Assembly: GCA_964503725.1 (NCBI GenBank) | Contig: CAZDAV010000002.1 | Location: 1-28,622, forward strand | Reading direction: 5' to 3' | DNA: 28,622 bases | Source: an uncultured Steroidobacteraceae bacterium | GTDB lineage: Bacteria > Chloroflexota > Limnocylindria > QHBO01 | Part shown: positions 8,041-16,319 of the stretch, in pieces | How positions within the stretch are numbered: position 1 is the first letter of the stretch | How the letters are laid out: every line of letters starts with the position of its first letter | Made by a program: the position numbers and the translations under genes | Notes under the pieces: model-generated | Told to the model about the DNA's origin: nothing | The model's database searches: none | Seen by the model: only the letters and a program-made list of their open reading frames with translations

Positions 8041-8199
8041 CTCGGGCGCGTCCTGTTCGTGCTGTTGCTGCTCGTGCTGCTGATCGGTGGCGGCATGAAG
8101 CTGGCCGGCATGCAGATCCCGATCCTGGACCACCCCCTGGGCGGACCGTTCAGCCAGCCGCGGATCGATGTGGTCGAGCCGGACCTGCCTCTGCCGTAA
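8041..8199 (+). CDS. Small membrane protein, start uncertain
   Basis: Frame LGRVLFVLLLLVLLIGGGMKLAGMQIPILDHPLGGPFSQPRIDVVEPDLPLP with coding-like GC3. Possible starts are GTG 8059 or ATG 8095. Confidence 0.5.
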   Translation, partial: LGRVLFVLLLLVLLIGGGMKLAGMQIPILDHPLGGPFSQPRIDVVEPDLPLP

Positions 8200-9262
8200 C
8201 GGCTGCGTAGAGCCCCTGGAGGCCCGTGACCTGCGCCTCCCATGTGACGTCGCGAACCGCCGCTCGAGCGGTCGATCTCGATAGTGGACGGGCCACGGCG
8301 CGAGCAATCGCATCGGCGAGCTCGGCGACGGAGGGATCAGGCGGGACGATCTCTGCCGTCGTGGGATCAACCCACTCCCGATTTGCTGGCAGGTCATTGA
8401 CCACGAGCAGTAGACCCGCCGCCAGCGCCTCGAGAAGCGAGGCGCTCGTCGCATCGCTCACCGGGACCGAGACGGCGACGCGCGCGGTTGCCAGCAGGTC
8501 GTGCACGGCGACGCCCTCGAGTTGGCCGACAAACTCAACAGATGGCACACCGTTCGCGATCTTGCGCACGAGAGCGGATGCTGCGCCGTCGCCTGCGACG
8601 ATGAGCCGCCAGCCGTTCATTGGCGCTGGGTGAGACCGGCCAGCCTCGAGGAATGCTGAAACAACGAGATCGACGCGAGTATCTCTGTCGAGGCGCCGGG
8701 TCGAGACGACGACTTGCCTCGGCGCGCGATCGACGGTCAGCAACGCGGCCGGCGGTCCAAAGACAAACCGATGAGTCGGCGTGCCGGGGGCAAGTCGCGT
8801 CGCGATGTCGAGCAGGTCGCGGCTGTCCCCCGTTATCGCGGCTGCACGCCGAAGTGCGAATCGAGCCAAGCTGCGGCGGATGGACGATCGCCGCGCGGTC
8901 ACCAGAAGGTCCGTGCCCCAGGCGGTCTGGATCAGTGGCGGCCTGGCACGACGTGGGGCCAAGCCGATCGCGATCGCGATCGCACTGATCAGACCGAAGC
9001 TCGACAGATAGTGGGCGTGCACCAGCCGCGGTGAACGGCTACGGATGATCCGCCTCAGGCGTGGGATGGCGACGAGATACCGGAGCGCCTTGGGGCGGCC
9101 CCCACCGCCCAGCCGATGGGTGGCGATGCCCGCGATCGGCTGGCCACCGAACGTGGCGACCTCCACACGGACGCCCCGATCGCCCAAGGTCGTGGCCAGT
9201 CGACGAATGTGCGTGCTCCCCAGGTCGCCCACGAGCAGGATGTCGACCGAGCTGTTCGTCAT
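8150..9262 (-). CDS. GT4 glycosyltransferase
   Basis: Motifs 'STHIRR', 'LVHAHYLSSFG', 'TAWGTDLL' and 'DATSASLLEALAAG'. Start ATG 9262 overlaps the upstream stop (ATGA). Confidence 0.9.
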   Translation of the reverse strand: MTNSSVDILLVGDLGSTHIRRLATTLGDRGVRVEVATFGGQPIAGIATHRLGGGGRPKALRYLVAIPRLRRIIRSRSPRLVHAHYLSSFGLISAIAIAIGLAPRRARPPLIQTAWGTDLLVTARRSSIRRSLARFALRRAAAITGDSRDLLDIATRLAPGTPTHRFVFGPPAALLTVDRAPRQVVVSTRRLDRDTRVDLVVSAFLEAGRSHPAPMNGWRLIVAGDGAASALVRKIANGVPSVEFVGQLEGVAVHDLLATARVAVSVPVSDATSASLLEALAAGLLLVVNDLPANREWVDPTTAEIVPPDPSVAELADAIARAVARPLSRSTARAAVRDVTWEAQVTGLQGLYAAVTAEAGPARPHRSAAG

Positions 9263-10695
9263 CCGGGTTTTGTCAAGACCGCCGCGATATGCGAGCGCAT
9301 CAACGGAACCGCACGCAGCAGGCGATACCTCAAAGGCCCCCCGGCGAGGCGAGTGCGGGCAATGGGAGGCAGCAGAGTCAACGAACGCCAGACCATCGGC
9401 CAACCGGGGAACAGATTCGCAAGTTCCCGCGGGAGCACCGGCCTTAATGTCGAATTCCGAGGGCTGGGGATGCGGAGGTCGTAGACGAGAAGATGTCCAC
9501 CCGGGCGCAGAATCCGACGTATCTCGCCGGCAATCAGCTCCCGGAGCGAGAGATCCAAGACCGAGGAGAGCAACGTCATTGCCACGATCGCGTCTGCTGC
9601 ACGGTCGGGCAGTGGCACCTCATCGGCTGGGGCAACGTGGAATTCTCCCCACGGAACTTCCGCAGACGCCTGAGCAATTCGTGCGGGCATGAGGTCCACG
9701 CCGAGATATCTAGACGGTCGGATGCCAGCACGGTCAAGAGTGGTAGCCACGTTGCCATCCCCGCAACCGAGGTCAACGACAACAGCCGATCCGAGCGGTC
9801 GCAGCGCCTCCACGAGCCACTGATCCCGTTCGGCCGCGACGATCGACATCCCGGGTTCACGCCCAGACCAACGAGCGTCATACCCAGAATCCGCGTAGCC
9901 CGCGTAAGCCTTCCGAATCCGATCAAGCTCGACCGCTCGCCCCGACTCGGCCAGCCTGTCGACGCGATCGTCGCCTGCTGTTGTGCGTGTGACTGCCAAT
10001 ATGAAGCGAAGAAGCGGCTGAACGTTCGAGAGGAGATCCGCCAGCCAGGGCGGGACACGACTGGCGATGCTGAGGCTCAGGGCGTGTCGCTCGTACGTCG
10101 TGGTCCCGGTTGTGCCGAACAGCCGGGCCAGCTCCGTTTCATCAATTGCAACGACGTGTGGATTCTTGTCCCCGACGATTCGGAAGTCGTAGGAAAGGAT
10201 GCAGCCGTTCGGACGCACAACTCTCACAACCTCGCGCGCCACCTGCGCCCTTACCTCGTCGTCCACGATCGAAGAGAGCACCGTGATCAACATGGCTGCG
10301 TCGAAGGCGTCATCTGGAAATGGCAGGTCGGCTGCGTTCCCGAGCACGAACGAGACGCCGGGAGTCTGCATTCGCGCGGTCGCGAGATCGCCGTTCAGGA
10401 GGTCCAGGCCCACGAGATTCTCCGGGGCGAACCCTTCCCGGATGAGATCCGCCAGGTCGCTGCCGCGGCCGCACCCAACGTCAAGTACCCGCTGTGATGG
10501 ACGCGGCCCCAGGGAGTCGAGCGCTTCGACGATCCTTGCTCGGCGATGGGCATGTTGGCGACCCAGGGCAGCGTCCACTCGTTTGTAGTATCGGTGCAGT
10601 CGCCGGTCGGTCGACCGTCGCGCGTATTCCTTGCGGACGCGTTCCGCGTCGAGGTCCGTCCTTTCGCTGAGGGTAGGATCGACTCCTTCGGCCAT
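9259..10695 (-). CDS. Tandem two-domain class I SAM-dependent methyltransferase
   Basis: Two motif-I copies ('VLDVGCGRG' and 'VVDLGCGDG'), each followed by a 'LP(F/L)PD', 'T(V/L)LSS' and 'R(V/I)(V/L)RPxG...YD' core. Start taken as ATG 10695 (ORF track 10725). Confidence 0.88.
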   Translation of the reverse strand: MAEGVDPTLSERTDLDAERVRKEYARRSTDRRLHRYYKRVDAALGRQHAHRRARIVEALDSLGPRPSQRVLDVGCGRGSDLADLIREGFAPENLVGLDLLNGDLATARMQTPGVSFVLGNAADLPFPDDAFDAAMLITVLSSIVDDEVRAQVAREVVRVVRPNGCILSYDFRIVGDKNPHVVAIDETELARLFGTTGTTTYERHALSLSIASRVPPWLADLLSNVQPLLRFILAVTRTTAGDDRVDRLAESGRAVELDRIRKAYAGYADSGYDARWSGREPGMSIVAAERDQWLVEALRPLGSAVVVDLGCGDGNVATTLDRAGIRPSRYLGVDLMPARIAQASAEVPWGEFHVAPADEVPLPDRAADAIVAMTLLSSVLDLSLRELIAGEIRRILRPGGHLLVYDLRIPSPRNSTLRPVLPRELANLFPGWPMVWRSLTLLPPIARTRLAGGPLRYRLLRAVPLMRSHIAAVLTKPG

Positions 10696-10699
10696 CGAA

Positions 10700-12193
10700 T
10701 CAACGTCTCGCTCGATGCTGAACATATCTGACCACTTCCCCTAGGGTACCCTCCGCACTGAGCGCCAGGAGGACGACCACTCCCAGCATCAGCCGGATCG
10801 CAGCCGGTGCACCGCCGGGCGGAAGAGTCGCGACAAGCGTCACGAGCATCACGAGACCCAACGTGAGAGACAGGCGCGCCCATCGAATTGGCAGGACCAG
10901 ATGTCTCGATCCGAGGGCGTACACGACAAACGCGGCTATCAACGGACTCATGAGGAGCGCGGCCGCGGTGCCCACTGCACCCCATCTGCTGGCGAGCACG
11001 GCATTCGCGGCCACCGAGGTTGCCACACCGACCGTTGACGCGATCCCGAGATCACTCATCCGCCTGGCGAGCGCACTCGGGAGCGACGTGACGAGGTAAA
11101 GGGCGGCAGCGAGGGCACCGATGAGTGATACGCCGACAGCGGGCAACGCGGCGCCATACGCCGATCCCCCGACCGTTCCAAGAACCTCCGGCGCCAGCAG
11201 GGCGAGGAACGCCACAGCGGCAGCGACGCCGATCAGAATGCGGCGCGCCTCGAGCGCCAGTCGAGCGAGCGCGTCCGGGCTCGAGCCCCCGGCGAAGGCA
11301 TGGGGCTGCCATGCGAGCTGGAATCCGACAACCACGAGCCCTGCGACTGATGCGATCCTCAGTGCGACCGCCAGGTATGCAACCTCCTGCGGCCCGTCGT
11401 TGGCCAGCAGAATCGCCCGGTTTGCGAACTCGCCAGCCCAAACCACCGCGACGGCTGGGGCAAGGGGTAGCCCAAGGCGCAGCAAGGACCGAAGCGCCTG
11501 CCGATCTGGAGCACCCCCGAGCTGATCCCTCACCAGCCAGAGGCCGATAGCCCCCGCTACAAAGAGACTGACAGCCAGACTCGCCACAACGGCTGTGACG
11601 CCGTCATCCCAAGCGAGTAACAACCAGATGGCGAGGCCGGCGTTCAGCAGGAGAGTCCCGGCGCTGACTGCCGCGAAAAGGCCAGGCCGTCCCGCGGCGC
11701 GTAGTGTCGTGAGCGCTATGTGGTGATAGGTCCCGAACACCGTCAAGAGCCCGACGGTAGCCACGGCAGGTCCATACGATTCTGTCGCGAAGAGGATGCC
11801 GCTCAAGGTCCCCGAGAAGAGCATGAGACCAACGCCGAAGGGCACGGTAATGCCACCGGCAAGCGCGCACCACGTCACCAGCAGGCGACGACGCTCGGGA
11901 GCACCGGCGGCATCAAAGAACAATCGCATGGCCGCGACGTCCATCCCCACCAGAAGGCCGGAGATCGCAGCGCTCCCAAGCGTGGACAGGACGTCCACGC
12001 GGCCGTACTCCGCCGGACTGAGCAGCCTCGTCAGAATCGGCAACATCACGAGGCCGATGCCCTTGCCCAGGATGGAGCCGAGGGCATACACGAACGAGTC
12101 GCGGCTTAGCCGCGCGAACCCCGGCGCCCTCGATTCCTGGTCGGCCCTTCTCGCGGCGTCGGCTGTTGCCGCGAGCGTTGGCTCATCGGTCAT
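10700..12193 (-). CDS. Wzx-like oligosaccharide flippase (MOP superfamily)
   Basis: 'RDSFVYALGSILGKGIGLVMLPILTRLLSPAEYG' followed by a long run of hydrophobic helices. Confidence 0.92.
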   Translation of the reverse strand: MTDEPTLAATADAARRADQESRAPGFARLSRDSFVYALGSILGKGIGLVMLPILTRLLSPAEYGRVDVLSTLGSAAISGLLVGMDVAAMRLFFDAAGAPERRRLLVTWCALAGGITVPFGVGLMLFSGTLSGILFATESYGPAVATVGLLTVFGTYHHIALTTLRAAGRPGLFAAVSAGTLLLNAGLAIWLLLAWDDGVTAVVASLAVSLFVAGAIGLWLVRDQLGGAPDRQALRSLLRLGLPLAPAVAVVWAGEFANRAILLANDGPQEVAYLAVALRIASVAGLVVVGFQLAWQPHAFAGGSSPDALARLALEARRILIGVAAAVAFLALLAPEVLGTVGGSAYGAALPAVGVSLIGALAAALYLVTSLPSALARRMSDLGIASTVGVATSVAANAVLASRWGAVGTAAALLMSPLIAAFVVYALGSRHLVLPIRWARLSLTLGLVMLVTLVATLPPGGAPAAIRLMLGVVVLLALSAEGTLGEVVRYVQHRARR

Positions 12194-12277
12194 CGCACGC
12201 AATCATGAGCGACCAACTCCTTGGAAGACTTCCTTTGCGCTCATTCGATGACGAGAGCATTGCAGTACGCTCCCGCG

Positions 12278-13102
12278 ATGGCGACGCCGCATGTATCCGT
12301 CACCATCATCGTCGCCACATACGAACGCCCCGCGTGGCTCGCGATTGCCCTGCGGTCGATCCAGTTGAGCGCCGAGTTCGCCACACTGCGCCGCATTACG
12401 ACTCGGATTCTGGTCGTGGACGACGGTTCGCCATCGTCAGAGACCAGGGACGTCGCCGCCTCGCTCGGGGTCGACTACCTGAGGAATGATGAGAACGATG
12501 GCCGAAATAACCCATCCGCTGCACGACTCATCGGGCTCAACGCAGTCGACACCACCTACTACGCATTCTTCGACGACGACGACGTCATGCTGCCACGATG
12601 GGTAGCAGCCCACGTTGAAGCCATCGCAGAGGGCTATGACATAGCGTATTCGGCCTACTGGCTGACGAACGCGGAGCTCGTCCCGCAGCGCCGAATCGTT
12701 CCGTACCGGGTGAGGCTCGGCGACATGCTCTCCGATCACAACCCCGTCAACGACCACTGCCTCGTCGCAACGGACGCCGCTCGGGACGTGTGGAATGTGG
12801 ATCTTGAGAAGGCGATGATGTTCGGCGGTTGGCTCGAACTCGCCTATCGCGGGGCCCGGTTTGTCCGGATCTCGGAGCCAACCTACCTGTATCGCCGACA
12901 CAGTCGCAACATGAGCGATGAGGTGGACCCACGGTTCCTGGAGATCCGAGAACGCCTCGTCCAGGACTACCGCGCCCGGGTCATGACGCGGGACGGCCGT
13001 ATCCCGGGGCCATCGCTGCAACTCAGGACGCGGCGACGAATCGCTCCCGTTGCCCGCGCCGTTCTCCGAGCCAGCCGCGCCATGAGATCGCGTCTTGCTT
13101 AG
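12278..13102 (+). CDS. GT2 glycosyltransferase
   Basis: Motifs 'IIVATYER', 'VVDDGS' and 'FFDDDD'. TACGCT lies 6 nt before ATG 12278 (ORF track starts at 12221). Confidence 0.88.
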   Translation: MATPHVSVTIIVATYERPAWLAIALRSIQLSAEFATLRRITTRILVVDDGSPSSETRDVAASLGVDYLRNDENDGRNNPSAARLIGLNAVDTTYYAFFDDDDVMLPRWVAAHVEAIAEGYDIAYSAYWLTNAELVPQRRIVPYRVRLGDMLSDHNPVNDHCLVATDAARDVWNVDLEKAMMFGGWLELAYRGARFVRISEPTYLYRRHSRNMSDEVDPRFLEIRERLVQDYRARVMTRDGRIPGPSLQLRTRRRIAPVARAVLRASRAMRSRLA

Positions 13103-13165
13103 GCCTCAACGTCCCCTGTTTGGGACGAGCAGCGCGGAACGAATTCGTGCAATGGACAACACGCA

Positions 13166-13960
13166 TTGACCCGCCCTGTTGACGTGCTGGTCCGCACTGC
13201 CGGGATCCTGCGGCAGCTCGGGATCAGATGTGGGTTCAGGTATCTATTCGTTGAGCGATCAGTCCGGGCATTGGACCGATTGCTTAGGCGTGAGCCCGCC
13301 AGAACTCCATATCAATTGCGCCCAACTGGTGCCGACCTTCCGCTTTGGTTGCGGGCGAACACAAGTGACCGACAAGTCTTCTCTCAGGTATTCGTCGAGC
13401 GGGAGTACGCCTGTCTCGACAATGTCGCACATCCGCAGCTCATCATCGATTGCGGAGCCAACGTCGGGTACACGTCGGCGTTCTTCCTGTCGCGATTCCC
13501 GAGTGCGCACCTGGTTGCCGTCGAGCCGGATCCGGGGAACTTCGCCATGCTCCAAAAGAATCTTGGCGGTTATGGCACCAGAGTGACTGCAGTACGAACG
13601 GCGGTATGGTCACATGCGGTCGGACTCAAGCTGTCACGCGGCGCCGATGATGACCGGGACTGGGCTGTCCAAGTGCGGCCGCTGCGCGATAACGAAGCCC
13701 CAGACCTCATCGCGACCGATATCGGACATCTACTGGAATCATCGGGGTTCGACCGCATCGATATTTTGAAGATCGATGTGGAGCATGCAGAGGTCGAGAT
13801 ATTCGGCCGAGGTTTTGAATCTTGGTTGGATCGGGTAGATCACATCGCGATTGAGTTACATGGCGAGGATGCGCACGACGCCTTCTTTGGCGCGCTCGAC
13901 CCCGCCGAATTCACCTTCTCGCACTATGGCGAACTCACGATCGCGAGCCGGTCCCATTGA
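13166..13960 (+). CDS. FkbM-family methyltransferase
   Basis: Motifs 'SDRQVFSQVF', 'IIDCGANVG', 'AVEPDPGNF' and 'IDILKIDVEHAE'. Confidence 0.92.
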   Translation: MTRPVDVLVRTAGILRQLGIRCGFRYLFVERSVRALDRLLRREPARTPYQLRPTGADLPLWLRANTSDRQVFSQVFVEREYACLDNVAHPQLIIDCGANVGYTSAFFLSRFPSAHLVAVEPDPGNFAMLQKNLGGYGTRVTAVRTAVWSHAVGLKLSRGADDDRDWAVQVRPLRDNEAPDLIATDIGHLLESSGFDRIDILKIDVEHAEVEIFGRGFESWLDRVDHIAIELHGEDAHDAFFGALDPAEFTFSHYGELTIASRSH

Positions 13961-15003
13961 GCAACCGAGTTGAGACCTCAGCAGCGGCCCAACCTGCACC
14001 GCCACTAACGGTCAGCCTGCTCGTCGCCGTCCGTAACGAGGCGAAAGCCCTCGACGCTTGCCTCCGCTCGATCGAGGCTCAGGACTATCCCCGTGCGCTC
14101 ATCGAGGTCATCGTCGCGGATGGTCAATCGACCGATGACTCGGCTCGAGTTGCCGGGGAGATATGCGCTCGGCATGAGACATGGCGCGTGCTCGAGAACC
14201 CGGGCCGTGTCCAATCCGCTGGTTGGAACCTGGGAGTAGCTCGCGCGAGTGGCGGCATTGTCGGCATCGTGAGCGCCCATGCAGAGTTGGATCGCTCATA
14301 CGTTACACACGCCGTGGAGACCCTTCGGCGAACTGGTGCCGAAATGGTCGGCGGCCACTTCACGCCGGTCGGGGTGGGCGTTGTCGGAGAAGCCGTGGCT
14401 GCCGCCCTCAGCTCCCCATTCGGAACTGGAGGGGCGGCATTTCGGCTGGGCCGCATAGAGCGAGAAGTTGATACCGTCTTCATGGGCGTGTGCTGGGTAG
14501 AGACGTATCGACGGTTCCCATTCGACGAGCGGTTCGTACGAAATCAAGACGACGAGCACAGCTATCGCCTTCGCGATGCGGGCGGCCGAATCGTCATGAA
14601 CCCGCTGATTCGGAGCTTCTACAAGAATCGAGCGACTCTGGGCTCCCTCGCATCCCAGTACTACCAGTACGGCTTCTGGAAGGTGCGGGTGCTGAGGCTT
14701 CACCCGAGACAGGTTCAGGTGCGCCAGCTGGCGCCGGCACTGCTCGTGGGGGCGTTCCTGATCGCCGGTGCTAGCTCTCTCATCTGGGACTCAGCCCGCT
14801 TCGGGCTCGCAGCCGTCGCCGTGTCTTACCTCGCGGCAGACCTTTTCGCCAGCCTGAAGTTGAGGCAGACAGTGCCAGGAAGGTCGCTCGCAGTGCTTCC
14901 ACTCGTATTCGCGACACTGCATGTCAGCTATGGGGTGGGAATGATCGTCGGTGTCGTGGCGGCGGTTGGCACCGCGTCACGTTCGTACCGTCCGATCGAG
15001 TAA
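13957..15003 (+). CDS. GT2 glycosyltransferase, ExoA-like
   Basis: Motifs 'VAVRNE', 'VADGQSTD', 'QSAGWNLG', 'FVRNQDDE' and 'QYYQYGFW'; C-terminal TM helices. Confidence 0.92.
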   Translation: MSNRVETSAAAQPAPPLTVSLLVAVRNEAKALDACLRSIEAQDYPRALIEVIVADGQSTDDSARVAGEICARHETWRVLENPGRVQSAGWNLGVARASGGIVGIVSAHAELDRSYVTHAVETLRRTGAEMVGGHFTPVGVGVVGEAVAAALSSPFGTGGAAFRLGRIEREVDTVFMGVCWVETYRRFPFDERFVRNQDDEHSYRLRDAGGRIVMNPLIRSFYKNRATLGSLASQYYQYGFWKVRVLRLHPRQVQVRQLAPALLVGAFLIAGASSLIWDSARFGLAAVAVSYLAADLFASLKLRQTVPGRSLAVLPLVFATLHVSYGVGMIVGVVAAVGTASRSYRPIE

Positions 15004-15085
15004 CAGGTCCTGCGTGAAGCTCGCCGCGGCGCTGCACCGCCGCACCGGTCGAATTTCAGCGGACGAGTCCCATACCGGAGTACCG

Positions 15086-15115
15086 TTGACCCGCCGCACC
15101 GTCGCCGGGTAGCCT
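15086..15115 (+). promoter_or_regulatory. Sigma70-type promoter for the aminotransferase/pglCF/ligase operon
   Basis: TTGACC, 18 nt, TAGCCT. Confidence 0.6.
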
Positions 15116-15145
15116 GCCGCCCCAAGTCAAGCGAGGGCACACAGG

Positions 15146-16315
15146 ATCAGCTCCGAACCGATCCCATTCCATCGCCCGTCGATCGGCGATCGCGAGGTTG
15201 CGGCCGCCGGCGAGGTGCTGCGTTCCGGCTGGCTCACCACTGGCCCGCGGACACATGCCTTCGAAAGCGCCTTCGCGGAGCGTCTTGGCGTTCGACACGC
15301 TCTGGCCGTCAATTCGGCCACCGCCGCGCTGCACCTGGCGCTCGATGCGCTCGGGGTAGCCCCCGGCGACGAGGTGATCGTGCCGACATTCACCTTCACC
15401 GCATGTGGCGAGGTCTGCGCGTACCTGGGTGCTCGAGTTGTCCTGGCCGATGTCGGCGACGACCGCCTGATCAATCCTGCGACGCTCGGCTCTGTCCTGA
15501 CGAAGCGGACGAAGGTTGTCATGCCCGTGCACTACGCGGGGCAGGCGGTCGATACGGGGCCGCTGCGCGCCACGGCTGGGCCCGAGGTCCGTGTCCTCGA
15601 GGACGCCGCTCATGCGCTGCCCGCCGATGTCGGGGGAGTTCCGGCTGGCCGGCTCGGAGATGCGGCCGCGTTCAGCTTCTATGCCACCAAGACGATGACC
15701 ACCGGTGGCGAGGGCGGGATGCTCGTGACGGACGACGACGCCATCGCCGATCGCGCCAGGCGAATGCGCCTGCACGGTATCGACGCGGACGCCTGGAACC
15801 GATATGGCGCGGGCGGCAGCTGGTTCTACGAGGTCACCGAGGCCGGGTTCAAGTACAACCTCACCGACCTGGCGGCTGCCATTGGGCTGGTCCAGCTCGC
15901 TCGACTGGACGAGATGGCCGACAGGCGAGCGGCCATCGCCAATGCGTACGACGCCGCGCTGGGCGAATCCACCCTGGTGGAGCTTCCGCCTCGACGCGAG
16001 CGCGACCGCCATTCGTGGCACCTGTACGCCATTGGCCTGCGTCTCGATGGGTTGTCGGCCGAGCGTGCCCGCGTGGTCGAACTGCTCGCCGATGCCGGAA
16101 TCGGGTCGGCCGTGCACTTCATTCCCCTCCACCTCCATCCGTACTACCAGCGCACCTACGGCTACCGGCCCGGAGACTTCCCGGTGGCCGAGGCGATCTA
16201 TGCGCGGACCTTGTCGCTGCCGATCTGGCCCGACATGACCGCCGAGCAGGTGCAACGCGTGGCCAGCACGCTGCTGACGATCCTGGATGATGCCCGCCGG
16301 CCGGTCGAGGTCTGA
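15146..16315 (+). CDS. DegT/DnrJ/EryC1/StrS PLP-dependent sugar aminotransferase (PglE-like)
   Basis: Motifs 'IPFHRPSIG', 'AVNSATAALH', 'EDAAHA' and 'FSFYATKTMTTGGEGG' (PLP Lys). The family N-terminus lies upstream of the first canonical start (GTG 15215); an ATC at 15146 has GAGG 9 nt upstream. Confidence 0.93.
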   Translation: MSSEPIPFHRPSIGDREVAAAGEVLRSGWLTTGPRTHAFESAFAERLGVRHALAVNSATAALHLALDALGVAPGDEVIVPTFTFTACGEVCAYLGARVVLADVGDDRLINPATLGSVLTKRTKVVMPVHYAGQAVDTGPLRATAGPEVRVLEDAAHALPADVGGVPAGRLGDAAAFSFYATKTMTTGGEGGMLVTDDDAIADRARRMRLHGIDADAWNRYGAGGSWFYEVTEAGFKYNLTDLAAAIGLVQLARLDEMADRRAAIANAYDAALGESTLVELPPRRERDRHSWHLYAIGLRLDGLSAERARVVELLADAGIGSAVHFIPLHLHPYYQRTYGYRPGDFPVAEAIYARTLSLPIWPDMTAEQVQRVASTLLTILDDARRPVEV

Positions 16316-16319
16316 TCGA

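Noticed and set aside
13110-13127. CGTCCC/GGGACG hairpin after the GT2 gene
   Set aside because: No U-tract, so not called as a terminator.
15037-15101. CCGCCGCACCG repeated 54 bp apart
   Set aside because: Short and very GC-rich, so plausible by chance.
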